The translations under genes and the position numbers were made by a program. This document shows, one piece after another, positions 25,605-36,246 of a stretch of DNA of 64,000 nt. The DNA lies in assembly GCF_027921745.1 (NCBI RefSeq), contig NC_079239.1, forward strand, positions 496,001-560,000, written 5' to 3'. Under the pieces are notes generated by a model. It was not told the origin of the DNA. It did not search any database and saw nothing but the letters and a program-made list of their open reading frames with translations. How positions within the stretch are numbered: position 1 is the stretch's first letter; each line of letters starts with the position of its first letter. The DNA comes from Schizosaccharomyces osmophilus. Its lineage: Eukaryota.

Positions 25605-26573
25605 TTATGCACTTCCATGATGGAGCATGCGGAAAAGACGCTGTTCACGATCACGATGAAATAGCAAATCTAAAGCTGAAGTGGAATGGCAATGTAAGCC
25701 ATCAACTGGGGAATTAGATTGAAAACGAGAAGGTGAAATTTGTCTATAAGATGCATGATCGAACATAGGAATCCCTTCTTGCAAGGGAGGAGTAGAAGAA
25801 CAATGGGTCATACTGGGTACAGCATGATTATTAATATAATTATCAGACACAGAGCGTCCACTCGCGGTAGGAGAATACCAACCCTTGTTGGCTACGGGTA
25901 CATGCGTCGTGGTCGGAAGCTCCTGGGAAGGAGTGGAAGACAAAGAAGCATATACTTGTTGACTAAACAAAGGTGAAGCAGTTGTAGTCATCGACGAGGC
26001 ATATTCAGGCTTCTCAGCGGCATCAGAAGCATTAAGGAACGTAGGGATAGGGAGATTAGACGCGGCAGGAGAATGGGTAAAAGTAGGACCAGCATAAAGA
26101 GAAGAATTAAGTTCGGAAGAAGAAGTGCTTAAAGAAGCAGTCGACTTTGCACTACTTGGAGGCTTTGGCAAGGAAAAATATCCGTTGGATTCTTCAGCAC
26201 CATTCGCCACATTCATGTGGTTATGGTGTTCGTTCTTTCCCGGACTTTGATTTTTCCCACGGCCCGAAGAACCGTTACTGTTCTTACGAGGACGGCCGGA
26301 ATTGCTGCCATTTGGCTTTGGCTTTCGACCGTAACCGTTACCGGCATTGCGAATCTTTTCAAACAGCAAATTGTTTTCGGCTTCGCTCAAGCCAAATGGA
26401 ACACTCTTCGGCTTCGTTGCTTTTGGGGATACTGTTCCCTTGTCAAGGCGAGACGAAGCCAATGGCGAATCCAAGCTAAATTCTACATCGTGGGAAGAAA
26501 CCATTCCACCACCAGAACTAGCTTTGTTAAACTTTCTGTTACGTTGAATTCTATGTCCAATTCGTTTTTCCAT
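25605..26573 (-). CDS. edc1: Decapping coactivator Edc1
   Basis: Disordered protein carrying LYAGPTFTHSPAASNLPIPTFL, the Edc1/PNRC-type Dcp1-Dcp2 activation motif; synteny. Confidence 0.88.
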   Translation of the reverse strand: MEKRIGHRIQRNRKFNKASSGGGMVSSHDVEFSLDSPLASSRLDKGTVSPKATKPKSVPFGLSEAENNLLFEKIRNAGNGYGRKPKPNGSNSGRPRKNSNGSSGRGKNQSPGKNEHHNHMNVANGAEESNGYFSLPKPPSSAKSTASLSTSSSELNSSLYAGPTFTHSPAASNLPIPTFLNASDAAEKPEYASSMTTTASPLFSQQVYASLSSTPSQELPTTTHVPVANKGWYSPTASGRSVSDNYINNHAVPSMTHCSSTPPLQEGIPMFDHASYRQISPSRFQSNSPVDGLHCHSTSALDLLFHRDREQRLFRMLHHGSA

Positions 26574-27180
26574 TTTTGTTCAGTTCAAAATTTGCACAAT
26601 CCCTGATACTCATGAAATTCGTGTAGAGATGATATTGGTAAAGGATAACTTCCAAAACCACTCGTTAACGCCCCACTATACGTTAGCAATGGGTGAATTT
26701 CGTAGTCGTCTGTTCTGCGCTACGTCTCCCTAATTATATCCACTTCACTACTACCAATATTTTTGCCACCTGCTTATTTGTTTACGAGGTGTTCGAAAAG
26801 GCCCTTGGATTATTTTTTTCTTTGATCTTACATCAACTAAAGTTGATTGACTGAGACTCGCCTACATAGATTTGGTTCCCGTATGACCTCAGCTTGAGAG
26901 GCGTATTTATGAAAAGTAAACAAACCAAGTAAGCGAATGCGCTACCTTGAATACCTTTAGACCATCAGTTTCACCTTTCTGTTTCTGTTTCTTTTCAGAG
27001 AGAGGAACGCCTCTTTTTTAATTTGTTTTCTATCTTTCTCTTTTTCTCTCGTGCTGGATCCCTGCTGTATCAAGGTGAAATACAAAAGCGAAAAAGAAAA
27101 TTCCTTCTTTTAATATAGTTCCTGCAGTTATTCGATTGACCGACACTTGTGCTCGTGGGTTATCAAAATCTTCTATTATA

Positions 27181-29229
27181 ATGGATCAGTGGTTGGAGCC
27201 TGACTTCAACCTTAGGTCCCTTCGGGTTGCGGATTTAAAAAGGATTTTACAAAATGCAAGTGTTGAATATCCCGTTTATGGCAGAAAAGCAGACTACCTA
27301 CAACTTGTCGACCGGCTACGTAGACGAAGGGTAAATAATGGCGACAATAAAAGTTCTACCAAAAGTATTTCAAGCAATTTTTCCGGTAGTTCTTCAGCAA
27401 GTTCCAATCTCAACTCTGATAACGAAAATGCACCACTTTATTCCCGGGCGAGTACTTCCTCCTTAAAATCCGCCCAACCTTCCAGTACGAGTCGTAGCTC
27501 CTCAACTCAAACCAATCCTCCTATTTCTCGATCCGCCTCATCTTCTCCCCCCACAGATACGGAAGAAACAGTTCGCATGTCTTCATTCCCTGCTGACTTT
27601 CCACTTCCCCAGGCCTCCAAAAATAATAGCTTTCAGTCTTCGATGCTAGAAGATAACCCAAATGTCGAAACTTCTATCACCTTGACTAGCCCTCCCCCAT
27701 TGTCCTCTACCCCAAAGCTTCGTCCTCATGGCTCACCCCGCGAGAGCTTTCCTATATCGTCCATTGATAGTTCTACTTTGCAAGGTTCACCAAGGGTCAC
27801 GCGAAAACTAAAGCCTCTTTCTTCAAGTAGCCCAAGAAAAACTCCACTAAAGTCGGTCGCGAGCCCTCGTCGTTCTCTTCCATCCCCATTTAATGGTTCA
27901 TTATCTCATCGAAGCCAACGGCCCTCTGCTCAAGAAGCACAGTCCACTTCCCGAAAGTCTAGAAAAGATCATCCGCTCTCATATTTAGATGAAAATTCAG
28001 ACACTTCTGAAGATGATACCCTTTTTGAAGATTATATACGTAAGCAAAACCAGTATACCCCTACAAAGCGTTCTTTCTCGTCAAACCTCGCCCAAAAGGC
28101 TTCTCGCTTTTATTCTAAAGTGACAAGTAAAAGTTTCTTTTTCCAGTGTCGTGTCCATCCTCCGCATGTCTTGACAATCTTACTTGGTGTTTTAGTTGCA
28201 GTTTTCTTGACTTTATGGAGAGATGAGGTCTATCGTGCCGGATATTGTGATGTACCTTCTGAGGGCTCCACACTTCTTCAGAAAGTTGGGCTTAGTGCTT
28301 CGTGTACTCCTTGTCCTCCTCACTCCACAGGTTTGCCTAACTTTCAACTTCGGTGCGATTCTGGTTACATTTTAAATGAGCCTTGGTATTCTAAAATTGG
28401 TCTATGGCCAAGGAAGAATTGTATTAGTGATACAAATAGAGAAGAAAGCGTGATAATTTTCTATGAAGAATGTTTAGACGTTTTACGAACATGGAATTCA
28501 ATATTCCAATGCAGTCGATTGCCCGATGAATTAATTGAAAAAAATAAAACGCTTTCAAAAAGGGATCCATATGTTTTTGAGGGATTTAAAAAATCTAAGA
28601 CAACACATTATCCCTTGTTTTCTATAGCGTTGTTACGACATGCACTGTTAGAAAAAAAATCTCCAAGTCTCTCTTTAGGCATGTTTAATGATTTGTTTAA
28701 AGCAGCTTTATATCAGCTTGCTAATACTGAAGAAATTGAAATAAATGAAGAAAATATCGGCTCCTGCAGTTGGGCTAATGTACCATTAAGGTGTCGTCTC
28801 CGTCGACAAGTTTATCGAACAATATGGAAGTACAAATTTATCCTTTTACTTTTTACCCTAGTCATCGCTTGTCTTTGGAAAGTTTGTACCTATTTTACCT
28901 TGCGCAAAAAGACTCAAAGATATTTACCTTTTGCTTCGCGTTTCTGTATCGATACGTTAAAGCGACAGAAGGCTTTGTATCAAAGTTCACGTACTTCTCA
29001 GCCTGTAGTTCCATTGATTGAAATGCACGATTTATTGCTTCATTCACATGGTGTATTGGAGCAGTCTAGTCTCACTGAGAAGGAAAGTCGATTGCTATGG
29101 GATTCAGTCGTCAAAAAAGTCGAACAAGTCGGAAGTATACGGACTCGTGAAGCTGAAGTAGATGGTGAATGGACTCGTGTTTGGGAATGGGTGGGAACGA
29201 ATCCTCTTGATTCTTTACCATCGCAGTAA
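27181..29229 (+). CDS. lem2: LEM/HEH-domain inner nuclear membrane protein Lem2
   Basis: N-terminal HEH (FNLRSLRVADLKRIL), Ser-rich linker, two TM segments flanking a Cys-rich lumenal domain, MSC C-terminus GEWTRVWEW; ATG at 27181. Confidence 0.93.
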   Translation: MDQWLEPDFNLRSLRVADLKRILQNASVEYPVYGRKADYLQLVDRLRRRRVNNGDNKSSTKSISSNFSGSSSASSNLNSDNENAPLYSRASTSSLKSAQPSSTSRSSSTQTNPPISRSASSSPPTDTEETVRMSSFPADFPLPQASKNNSFQSSMLEDNPNVETSITLTSPPPLSSTPKLRPHGSPRESFPISSIDSSTLQGSPRVTRKLKPLSSSSPRKTPLKSVASPRRSLPSPFNGSLSHRSQRPSAQEAQSTSRKSRKDHPLSYLDENSDTSEDDTLFEDYIRKQNQYTPTKRSFSSNLAQKASRFYSKVTSKSFFFQCRVHPPHVLTILLGVLVAVFLTLWRDEVYRAGYCDVPSEGSTLLQKVGLSASCTPCPPHSTGLPNFQLRCDSGYILNEPWYSKIGLWPRKNCISDTNREESVIIFYEECLDVLRTWNSIFQCSRLPDELIEKNKTLSKRDPYVFEGFKKSKTTHYPLFSIALLRHALLEKKSPSLSLGMFNDLFKAALYQLANTEEIEINEENIGSCSWANVPLRCRLRRQVYRTIWKYKFILLLFTLVIACLWKVCTYFTLRKKTQRYLPFASRFCIDTLKRQKALYQSSRTSQPVVPLIEMHDLLLHSHGVLEQSSLTEKESRLLWDSVVKKVEQVGSIRTREAEVDGEWTRVWEWVGTNPLDSLPSQ

Positions 29230-29620
29230 TCTATTCACTATCCACTTTATTTCACGAAAATGTAAATTATTGATTTTAAATATTTTAATAAAAAGCATAT
29301 ATATCAGTAAATTGTCACATTCGTGTAATAACTCCAAAATTTTGTATCCTTATATTGGATACAAAAATCATTAATCACAATTATATATTCAAATGCGTAA
29401 GGAAGAATTAGAATGTTTATGATGATCGTATGCTAAACTTCTATCCCGCAAACCTGCTCAGACGTTCAATTCACCATTGGTATCCCAAATTTTATTAAGC
29501 TAATTTCGATTGACATTATTACGTTAAATAAACACTAACCATTAGATTAAAACTCCACACGACTGACCTTTTTGTGAACCATAATACCCTCGTAAAAGTC
29601 CATTTCCTGATGTTTTTATA

Positions 29621-31399
29621 TTACAAAGACGGCACAAGAGGATAATCGCTCATTGGTTCATCTTCAGCTTCCTCAACATCATCCATTCCAGGGACCGGTC
29701 GCCATTCATTATAAAATGGTTGAACGATCGATGATGATTTCGATAAACGATAAGGATCGAATGGGAAAAACGAATCAATCGTTTCCAATCCATCCCGAAT
29801 TGACCCCTTTCTGTTTTGCTCTAAGATTGAATAAACATACATAAAATTCAAGTGATGTGCGATTCTCGCAAACTGGTGAACAATATTGGGTGAGCAGTAT
29901 CGCAACGGATTTAGACGGGAGAGAACGGATCGATGAAGAACTTCTAGCCCTGGGAGCCATTCTGCCGGTCTGGGGTCCATTGGGTCTGTCTCATCCGATA
30001 TTCGGAGTTCTTGCCAACGGAAACAATAAATATACAACACGCTTTGGTTAATAGCATAGAAGACAGAATGCTTGGAAATTAAATCGTCGGATAGCTCGTT
30101 TTCGCATTGATCCAAGTAGGCTTCCATCCATCGGGTCATCAAACCAACGATAATTTGGATTGTCGAGGCTTCCAAAGTTTTGGCACGGGAAACATAAGAC
30201 CCAAGGTACATTGCTCCACTAATTCGAAGCGTATAGGGTTGAGATGGATTCAAACAAACTTCCGTGAGCACTCCCAAAAAAATATCCGTAAATTCCGGAT
30301 TGAGTTGAGAGGCCCAGAAGATTAGGAACTGTGTATAGCGGCAGCGAAAGGTTTTAAGAACAGTATTAACAAATGATCGAATCAAACTATTGTAAACAAC
30401 ATAGCGATCCCTACTCTGGTTTAAATTCTTTGATAAATAAGAAAACAATATATACAAAAGCTGGTCCAGTTGCAGCAAAGTTTGTTTGGTATCAACAGGA
30501 GATAAGGGATCATCATTCAATAGAGTACTAGATGTGAGATCCTCCGAAGCATCAGCGTGGCGCTCATATAAAGCGGACGCAGTTAATACATCGGAGGCAG
30601 CATCGTCTGAAGCATCTGAAGCATCTGAATCCTCATCATCCTCGATATCAAGTTCTACTTGAATCTCCACATCAACTTGGATGATTTTATCAATAACTGC
30701 ATGCAATACAGGACCTTTAAGAGATGGTACATATTCACAAATACTTAAAACGTTCGAAATATAGGTCATTTGTGCCAGAATACTTTCATCCTTGTACGGA
30801 AACTCCTCAAGTATACAACTATACAAGTAAGAATGCGCACGAGGGACAAGATCTAACACATATTTTAAAGCCATATGAGCATGTTCATAATGGATTGCTA
30901 AACTATTACTCTGGTAGCACATGTGCTGGATAAGCATGGTCATGACTAATGGCAAATAGGTCGATTGAGCAGAAAGCAAATGTCCCAGGAACTTTGTGTA
31001 GCAGCGGACAAAAGATTCATCTCTCGATACCCACACCGAACCCAGTATGCTCATAATCAGAGAAGAGCAAGAGCTGTCAAGCCGAGATACGTTGCACGTG
31101 AGGGCAGACAATAAATTTTGTATCTGAATGGATGAGGGAGCATCTTTGGCATCAGGCCTTATAGAGAACTGTCTCCTCATATCTTCGTATGCAGCTACAT
31201 TTCCCGACGACTTATCATCCAGTGCTTTACCAACAAATGCGCGAAACATGTGCTGCATTAATTGAGAGTCATGCTTGGATGCGATACCCTCATAGGAAGG
31301 AACGCTAGAATCGGTAGGAGGTAAATTCGTAGGCGGGTTCATCATGCCATTCGAAATAGAAGAATTTATTAAGGTTGAAGCTGGAATAACTGACGGCAT
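29621..31399 (-). CDS. rrn3: RNA polymerase I initiation factor Rrn3
   Basis: IIQVDVEIQ, YTQFLIFW, LNPLRYCSPNIV and FFPFDPY motifs; ATG at 31399. Confidence 0.95.
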   Translation of the reverse strand: MPSVIPASTLINSSISNGMMNPPTNLPPTDSSVPSYEGIASKHDSQLMQHMFRAFVGKALDDKSSGNVAAYEDMRRQFSIRPDAKDAPSSIQIQNLLSALTCNVSRLDSSCSSLIMSILGSVWVSRDESFVRCYTKFLGHLLSAQSTYLPLVMTMLIQHMCYQSNSLAIHYEHAHMALKYVLDLVPRAHSYLYSCILEEFPYKDESILAQMTYISNVLSICEYVPSLKGPVLHAVIDKIIQVDVEIQVELDIEDDEDSDASDASDDAASDVLTASALYERHADASEDLTSSTLLNDDPLSPVDTKQTLLQLDQLLYILFSYLSKNLNQSRDRYVVYNSLIRSFVNTVLKTFRCRYTQFLIFWASQLNPEFTDIFLGVLTEVCLNPSQPYTLRISGAMYLGSYVSRAKTLEASTIQIIVGLMTRWMEAYLDQCENELSDDLISKHSVFYAINQSVLYIYCFRWQELRISDETDPMDPRPAEWLPGLEVLHRSVLSRLNPLRYCSPNIVHQFARIAHHLNFMYVYSILEQNRKGSIRDGLETIDSFFPFDPYRLSKSSSIVQPFYNEWRPVPGMDDVEEAEDEPMSDYPLVPSL

Positions 31400-32094
31400 C
31401 CTCAAAAAAAATAAACTAGTCAATGTTTTGTAAAAAAAAAAAAAAAACTAAATAACCCGATTGTCCAAAATTCACTTTTCTATTTAGGGGCTATAAAGAG
31501 TAATAAATTCTAACAAAACAGATGTTAGCATAAGAAAGACAGACCTCCTTTGTTTGTCATGGAATATTTTTACATTAGAGTAAATTGCTTCTCAAGTCAA
31601 TGTTTATAGAAATGAGCAGTCCAGCTTAAAAGCAAATTTCCCAGCAAAAACACCATTTGTGCACCTCCACTTACTTTGTAATTTCAAGAAAAGTCCAATG
31701 TACACAAAATCCTCTAAAGTATAAAAATTTTCCAATGCAACAAAGTTGTGAGACCTGTCGTAAAAACTCCACAATTGACCGTAAAAAGTAGCTTGGAAAC
31801 AGTGAAATATTAATAAATTAAATTAAATTAAACCAATTTTATGCAGAATCCCCTAATTTACCAGCAATCCCTATATATTAAGTTTGTAGTTGGTGGAAGA
31901 CAAACTCTGTAATCCGAAGTAGGGAATATTTCGTACAGTGGAATATGCTGCAGTTCGTTATTTAATAACTGTAAACAAGAACAGGAATAAAAATAAAAAT
32001 AAAATAAAACTAAATGTCTAGGGCAAACAATCTATCCTGAATAGACAGAAGCCCAGGACAATGAGAGGATAATCTATATTCGTAAAAAACTCAT

Positions 32095-33027
32095 TCATTT
32101 TTGAGGGACGTCGTTGGAGCTGGTCAAATTCTTCCTCTGTGGACGCATGCCTGACTTTTGGTCTCGAAGCATTTGTCTATAAAGATCATAAAGCCCCGTG
32201 CTTAAAGGGATTATGTCTGTGTTGCATCTTCCAGATATATAGTAATGATGCATGTCCTCCATTGTAAAAACAGTTCGATAATTAGGTCCAGCAAAGTATT
32301 TGTCAGTAGGCATTAAGGATGCTGCATAAGAATAAGAGGAGTTATTCGGAGGAGGAGAAATCCAGGAATTTGTTCTCTCCATCCATACCGGGATTGTCGT
32401 TGAGCGCAGTGTCGTTTCGGGATTATTTATGTAAATAGGTAAAGCACCTTGGGCAATGGTCCCCAAGATCTTTGACGGAGCAACATTCGGGTCATCCTTT
32501 CGACGATCTATTCGTTTACATAGTCTTAAATAGGGCTTCAGTTTTGAGTGTAATAAGGGATCCGTAAGCATCTGGCGCATGGGTTCATTTCTACCTCCAG
32601 TAATAAGTACCACGTCAAAGTCAAGAAAAGAAAAATTATCATCTGTATAATACTTTGGTTGAATAAATTCGTCGAGTGTACATAAAATGCTGTAAATATC
32701 CATAGCATCTTTGGAAGGTCCCATGATGATTCCTTTCCAACCAGTCGTGTAAGAAGGGTCTGGTTTAGCTACCCTTGGGGGATCGAGTGGCCTTGGGAAC
32801 ACAAATTCAACTAGAAACCCACGATCGGTAAAGTAGCGCCAAGGAAGGCAAACCTGTTCAACGTCGAACCCATTGTCTGCCATGACAATCGCCAAGTGAG
32901 GTGAGAATTGTGTATCTCGTCCAAATACAGGGGCATCTACTATTGGAGAAGGTAAAGGGTTTGGCTGCAATCCGACGTCAATATCATTGATTATGTCTTT
33001 CTGTAAGGATTGAAAGTAGAATGCCAT
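32095..33027 (-). CDS. Class I glutamine amidotransferase-like / DJ-1-PfpI-fold protein (likely SPAC18G6.12c ortholog)
   Basis: LAIVMADNGFDVEQVCLPW, DFDVVLITGG and YISGR..D resemble ThiJ/PfpI elements; synteny. Confidence 0.75.
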   Translation of the reverse strand: MAFYFQSLQKDIINDIDVGLQPNPLPSPIVDAPVFGRDTQFSPHLAIVMADNGFDVEQVCLPWRYFTDRGFLVEFVFPRPLDPPRVAKPDPSYTTGWKGIIMGPSKDAMDIYSILCTLDEFIQPKYYTDDNFSFLDFDVVLITGGRNEPMRQMLTDPLLHSKLKPYLRLCKRIDRRKDDPNVAPSKILGTIAQGALPIYINNPETTLRSTTIPVWMERTNSWISPPPNNSSYSYAASLMPTDKYFAGPNYRTVFTMEDMHHYYISGRCNTDIIPLSTGLYDLYRQMLRDQKSGMRPQRKNLTSSNDVPQK

Positions 33028-33549
33028 GATGAAAACAACCTGGTCGGGTTGGTCTTGTAACGATTTCTATAATTTTTTAATAAATTATAAATTACCGCTT
33101 AGAATCTTTCGAAAACGTCTGGAAAAGAATTGTAGGAGAGCAAAGAAGGTTGTTTTCCAAAAAGAGTGTAAAAATAAATAAATAATTTATATTATCAAGA
33201 ATTTTACTGATTTTTGTATATATCGTCGTCTGCAGTATCAGAAAGAGGTCTGAGTAGTTTCTTCGAATATATTATGACCACAAGATGAGAAAATGGGCTG
33301 AGGTTTCGATCCTGTCTGGAACCACCCAACTTTACTTTTCTTTAGTAACTTCATCGTCATTTCTCTATAGTTGAGTAAGAAAACACAAACGAAACGTTGG
33401 AATGTTTAGCTTTTAGACTATTAATTCGAGGCCGTTTGTAAGCGAGATCAATTGTCTTTCCAAGTCCTGAAGTTTACCCAAATTTTCCTTTCAGCACTTT
33501 ACTCTTCATTTGTCCCATTTCTTTCTTTCTTTTTTTGATTGTTTGACTT

Positions 33550-33939
33550 ATGAAGCTTAGGGTATTTTGCGAAGAATTTCCCATCCGGCAATGGATCCAC
33601 ACAGTAAGTTTTGGCTTGGTTGATAATACTGGTACGGTTGCGGATCTTTGCAATGCGATTTGGGAATGGAATGAGGGCCCTCCGTATTGGAAGCTTCAGC
33701 TATTGCTTGAAGAATACTCTGTCCCGATGGCAGGAGTTTTGGCCCGTTACTTGAAAGAAGATGCAAAGATTCAGCTAGTTGGACAAGACTTGCGTTCTAC
33801 ATGGAATCCAGAAAGCTTCACTACTTCTCCATATGATATTATTTCTGGTGCTAGTCAACTTCCTAAAGATCCCGAACAAATGCATCAGGCAAATTTAGAG
33901 CATATCGTTCCATGGAAGGATTTAGAGATGTCTTCATAA
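33550..33939 (+). CDS. Small Schizosaccharomyces-specific protein (likely SPAC18G6.13 ortholog), predicted ubiquitin-like fold
   Basis: 129-aa ATG ORF with protein-like composition at a syntenic position; beta-grasp-like residue pattern. Confidence 0.75.
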   Translation: MKLRVFCEEFPIRQWIHTVSFGLVDNTGTVADLCNAIWEWNEGPPYWKLQLLLEEYSVPMAGVLARYLKEDAKIQLVGQDLRSTWNPESFTTSPYDIISGASQLPKDPEQMHQANLEHIVPWKDLEMSS

Positions 33940-34448
33940 ATGTTAGACAGCTATGAACCAGCTAGACTGTATATCTGTTATTATTAGACAAAGAGAAAAA
34001 GAGTAAAGGTTTCTATTTCGCAGATTCAGTGACATTTCAAGCTTTCCGCTTGAGCTTCTTCAGCTATAAAAACTCGATGCAATACTTCTTAATTCAGCAA
34101 TAAGTCAACAATTCTACACCTTATGATTTAAAGGTATTACGCCCGATAACTACAAAAAACTTACTTTGAATCCTTTTCTCAACTTGGGCAAAGATTTGTT
34201 TTATATAAAACATAGATAGCATCAATTAAAATACTTTGCAGCAAGAGAAACGACTACCTAAACTTCAACTCTTGAACAACTTCCTTTCCCTACAATAACT
34301 CGCAAGAGCACTTTTGTTTTCAACGTGAATAAGCCTTATACATAGACACAAGGGAAGATTACATTTCAAGTCTGGTAATCTAACGCAAATTTTGAAGCTA
34401 TCGAATCCAACCCGAACCGATGCAAACGCAAAACGTAAATTTTATTGC

Positions 34449-35036
34449 TTACAAGCCTTCACCAATGGTGACGGGGAACTCGAAGTTGACAGTCTTACCG
34501 GTGAGCTTGTGGTAGACGTTGGAGAAAGAGGACAACTTGTAGTCAACAGTGTTGGCATCTCTGTTGTCAAGGAAGACCTTCATGGTCTTGTGGCCGTCAG
34601 TGCCTTGACGAGTACGCTTACCAATGATGGTGGTAGGGAAAACAATGTCTTCGAGGATAGCACCGTGAACAGAGGTCAAAGTACGAGAGCGAGGGCGCTT
34701 TTGACCAACACGGGACTTGCGGCCAGGCTTGGGCAAAATACGACGTTGAGCGATGAAAATGACATGACGGTCAGCAAACTTCTTCTCGAGCTCGCGGGTC
34801 AAACGAGCTTGGCACTTGTGGAAAGCGGCGAGAAGAGGTTGGGGGACGAAAACAACGATTGCCTTCTTACCAGCTCCAACTTCGACTTCGCGAGCAGAAG
34901 TAATTTGGAGAGGGCGGAGCTCCTTGGCCATGTCCTTAGAAGAGTTCTCTAAATCATAGAGACATTGTGCAACAAGGAGGTCGGTTTCACTGGGCTGGGA
35001 GCTCGAACGCTTGACAATCTTGTTGATAGCAGACAT
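34449..35036 (-). CDS. rps7: 40S ribosomal protein S7 (eS7)
   Basis: MSAINKIVK..., [10 protein letters not shown] and [11 protein letters not shown] motifs; ATG at 35036. Confidence 0.97.
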   Translation of the reverse strand: MSAINKIVKRSSSQPSETDLLVAQCLYDLENSSKDMAKELRPLQITSAREVEVGAGKKAIVVFVPQPLLAAFHKCQARLTRELEKKFADRHVIFIAQRRILPKPGRKSRVGQKRPRSRTLTSVHGAILEDIVFPTTIIGKRTRQGTDGHKTMKVFLDNRDANTVDYKLSSFSNVYHKLTGKTVNFEFPVTIGEGL

Positions 35037-35084
35037 TGCTGTTGTGTAGAAAAGAAAATGTTTCGACCCTCCCATATTCTTTCT

Positions 35085-35092
35085 TGTGACTG
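35085..35092 (-). promoter_or_regulatory. Homol D box of rps7
   Basis: Exact CAGTCACA on the minus strand ~49 nt upstream of the ATG. Confidence 0.85.
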
Positions 35093-35304
35093 CTCATTTC
35101 GACTTGGGTAACACTGGCCATTGATATCGGTATTGTTACTTGGGTGAAAGCGGCATTATGGGAATGAAAATTCTGCAGACTTTTAACTTTTTGAAGAATT
35201 GATACTATAATATCAAATTTGAAATTGCAGATTCCGAATCAGATCCATTTTTTCCATCTCTCCTGGGCTTTCCAATTCAAGACAGCGTTTGTCTATCAAT
35301 AAAA

Positions 35305-35312
35305 CAGTCACA
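35305..35312 (+). promoter_or_regulatory. Second, divergently oriented Homol D box upstream of a putative snoRNA
   Basis: Exact CAGTCACA on the plus strand, just ahead of a structured RNA. Confidence 0.65.
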
Positions 35313-35329
35313 ATTTCCAACACAAACAT

Positions 35330-35541
35330 ACTACGTGGAAAATGTTAGTTTGCGAGTTGCTTTTGTGGACGGTAACTCGCTTTTAGTAATTTATAGATCA
35401 AGGTGCTATTGCTACAAACAGGAAAGAAGACGCAGCAAAAAAGCACCCAAATTGTGCTTATTGAAGGTCAGCATAGTTGGTAGAATTTCTCTAGTTTCTA
35501 AATTGTATTCTCTTTTAACCTGGGTTTTGATTGAGACATTG
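35330..35541 (+). ncRNA. Probable box H/ACA snoRNA (target unassigned, 5' end approximate)
   Basis: Stem GCGAGTTGCT/GGTAACTCGC (35352-35380); H box AGATCA (35395-35400) 14 nt after it; further stems GGTGC/GCACC, CAG/CTG and AGAAT/ATTCT; ACA at 35536-35538; Homol D upstream. Confidence 0.6.
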
Positions 35542-35600
35542 AAGCAAGTAGCGTTTCCAAAATCTGAATGTTTACATAATAGATGAAATAATAGGAAGAC

Positions 35601-36215
35601 GTAAACATTAAAGGTTCATGGGTAGCTTTGTTTTCTGTAGGCTTCAAGTTTATTATTTGTAATAGTAAGCCAGAATGTATTTTTTATTTTGTTTTATTTT
35701 TACCTATCCATCCTGCTTTGGTTTGTTATGGTTGTTTCGTATCGCAAGTCAAGTGCAACCAGAATGTAAATAAATATAAAACTCGATCAGGAAGGCTTTG
35801 CCAACTCTTATGCTAAATCCAATTAATCCTTGTATTAAAATGTATAAACTTCAAATTCAATTTGTATCAATCAAAATTTATAGGTTTTTTCATCGATTTT
35901 GCTGGCTTATGCGATGGTAAACAAATACCTCAACATGTAAATAACTACATATATCGGCATGAAAATATCGCTCTCAATTTCCATCATACCAAGAAAAAAT
36001 AATTGTAAAACGGAATATACTGAAACGTTGGTGAAAACAACCGTGGTAAACAATGGTCGGAAAACAATCCAGATGTAATTTTATTCTTTTTACGATGATG
36101 ATTCATGTTCATAGATTAATATATTCTTTTTAAAAAACCGGTTCACATACTATTTAGTACTTTTTACGACGCGTTTTATAACCAATACGATATCCTCATA
36201 AGAAGACCGACGCGT
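35601..36215 (+). promoter_or_regulatory. mal3 upstream cluster of forkhead/FLEX (GTAAAYA) and MCB (ACGCGT) elements
   Basis: GTAAAYA at 35601, 35766, 35917, 35937 and 36046; ACGCGT at 36169 and 36210. Confidence 0.55.
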
Positions 36216-36246
36216 CTTTCTCTTTCCAAGAACCACAATCTTTACA

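Noticed and set aside
34392..34952. 186-aa plus-strand ORF
   Set aside because: Antisense shadow of rps7.
35335..35586. 83-aa GTG-start ORF
   Set aside because: No ATG and no motif; overlaps the structured H/ACA candidate.
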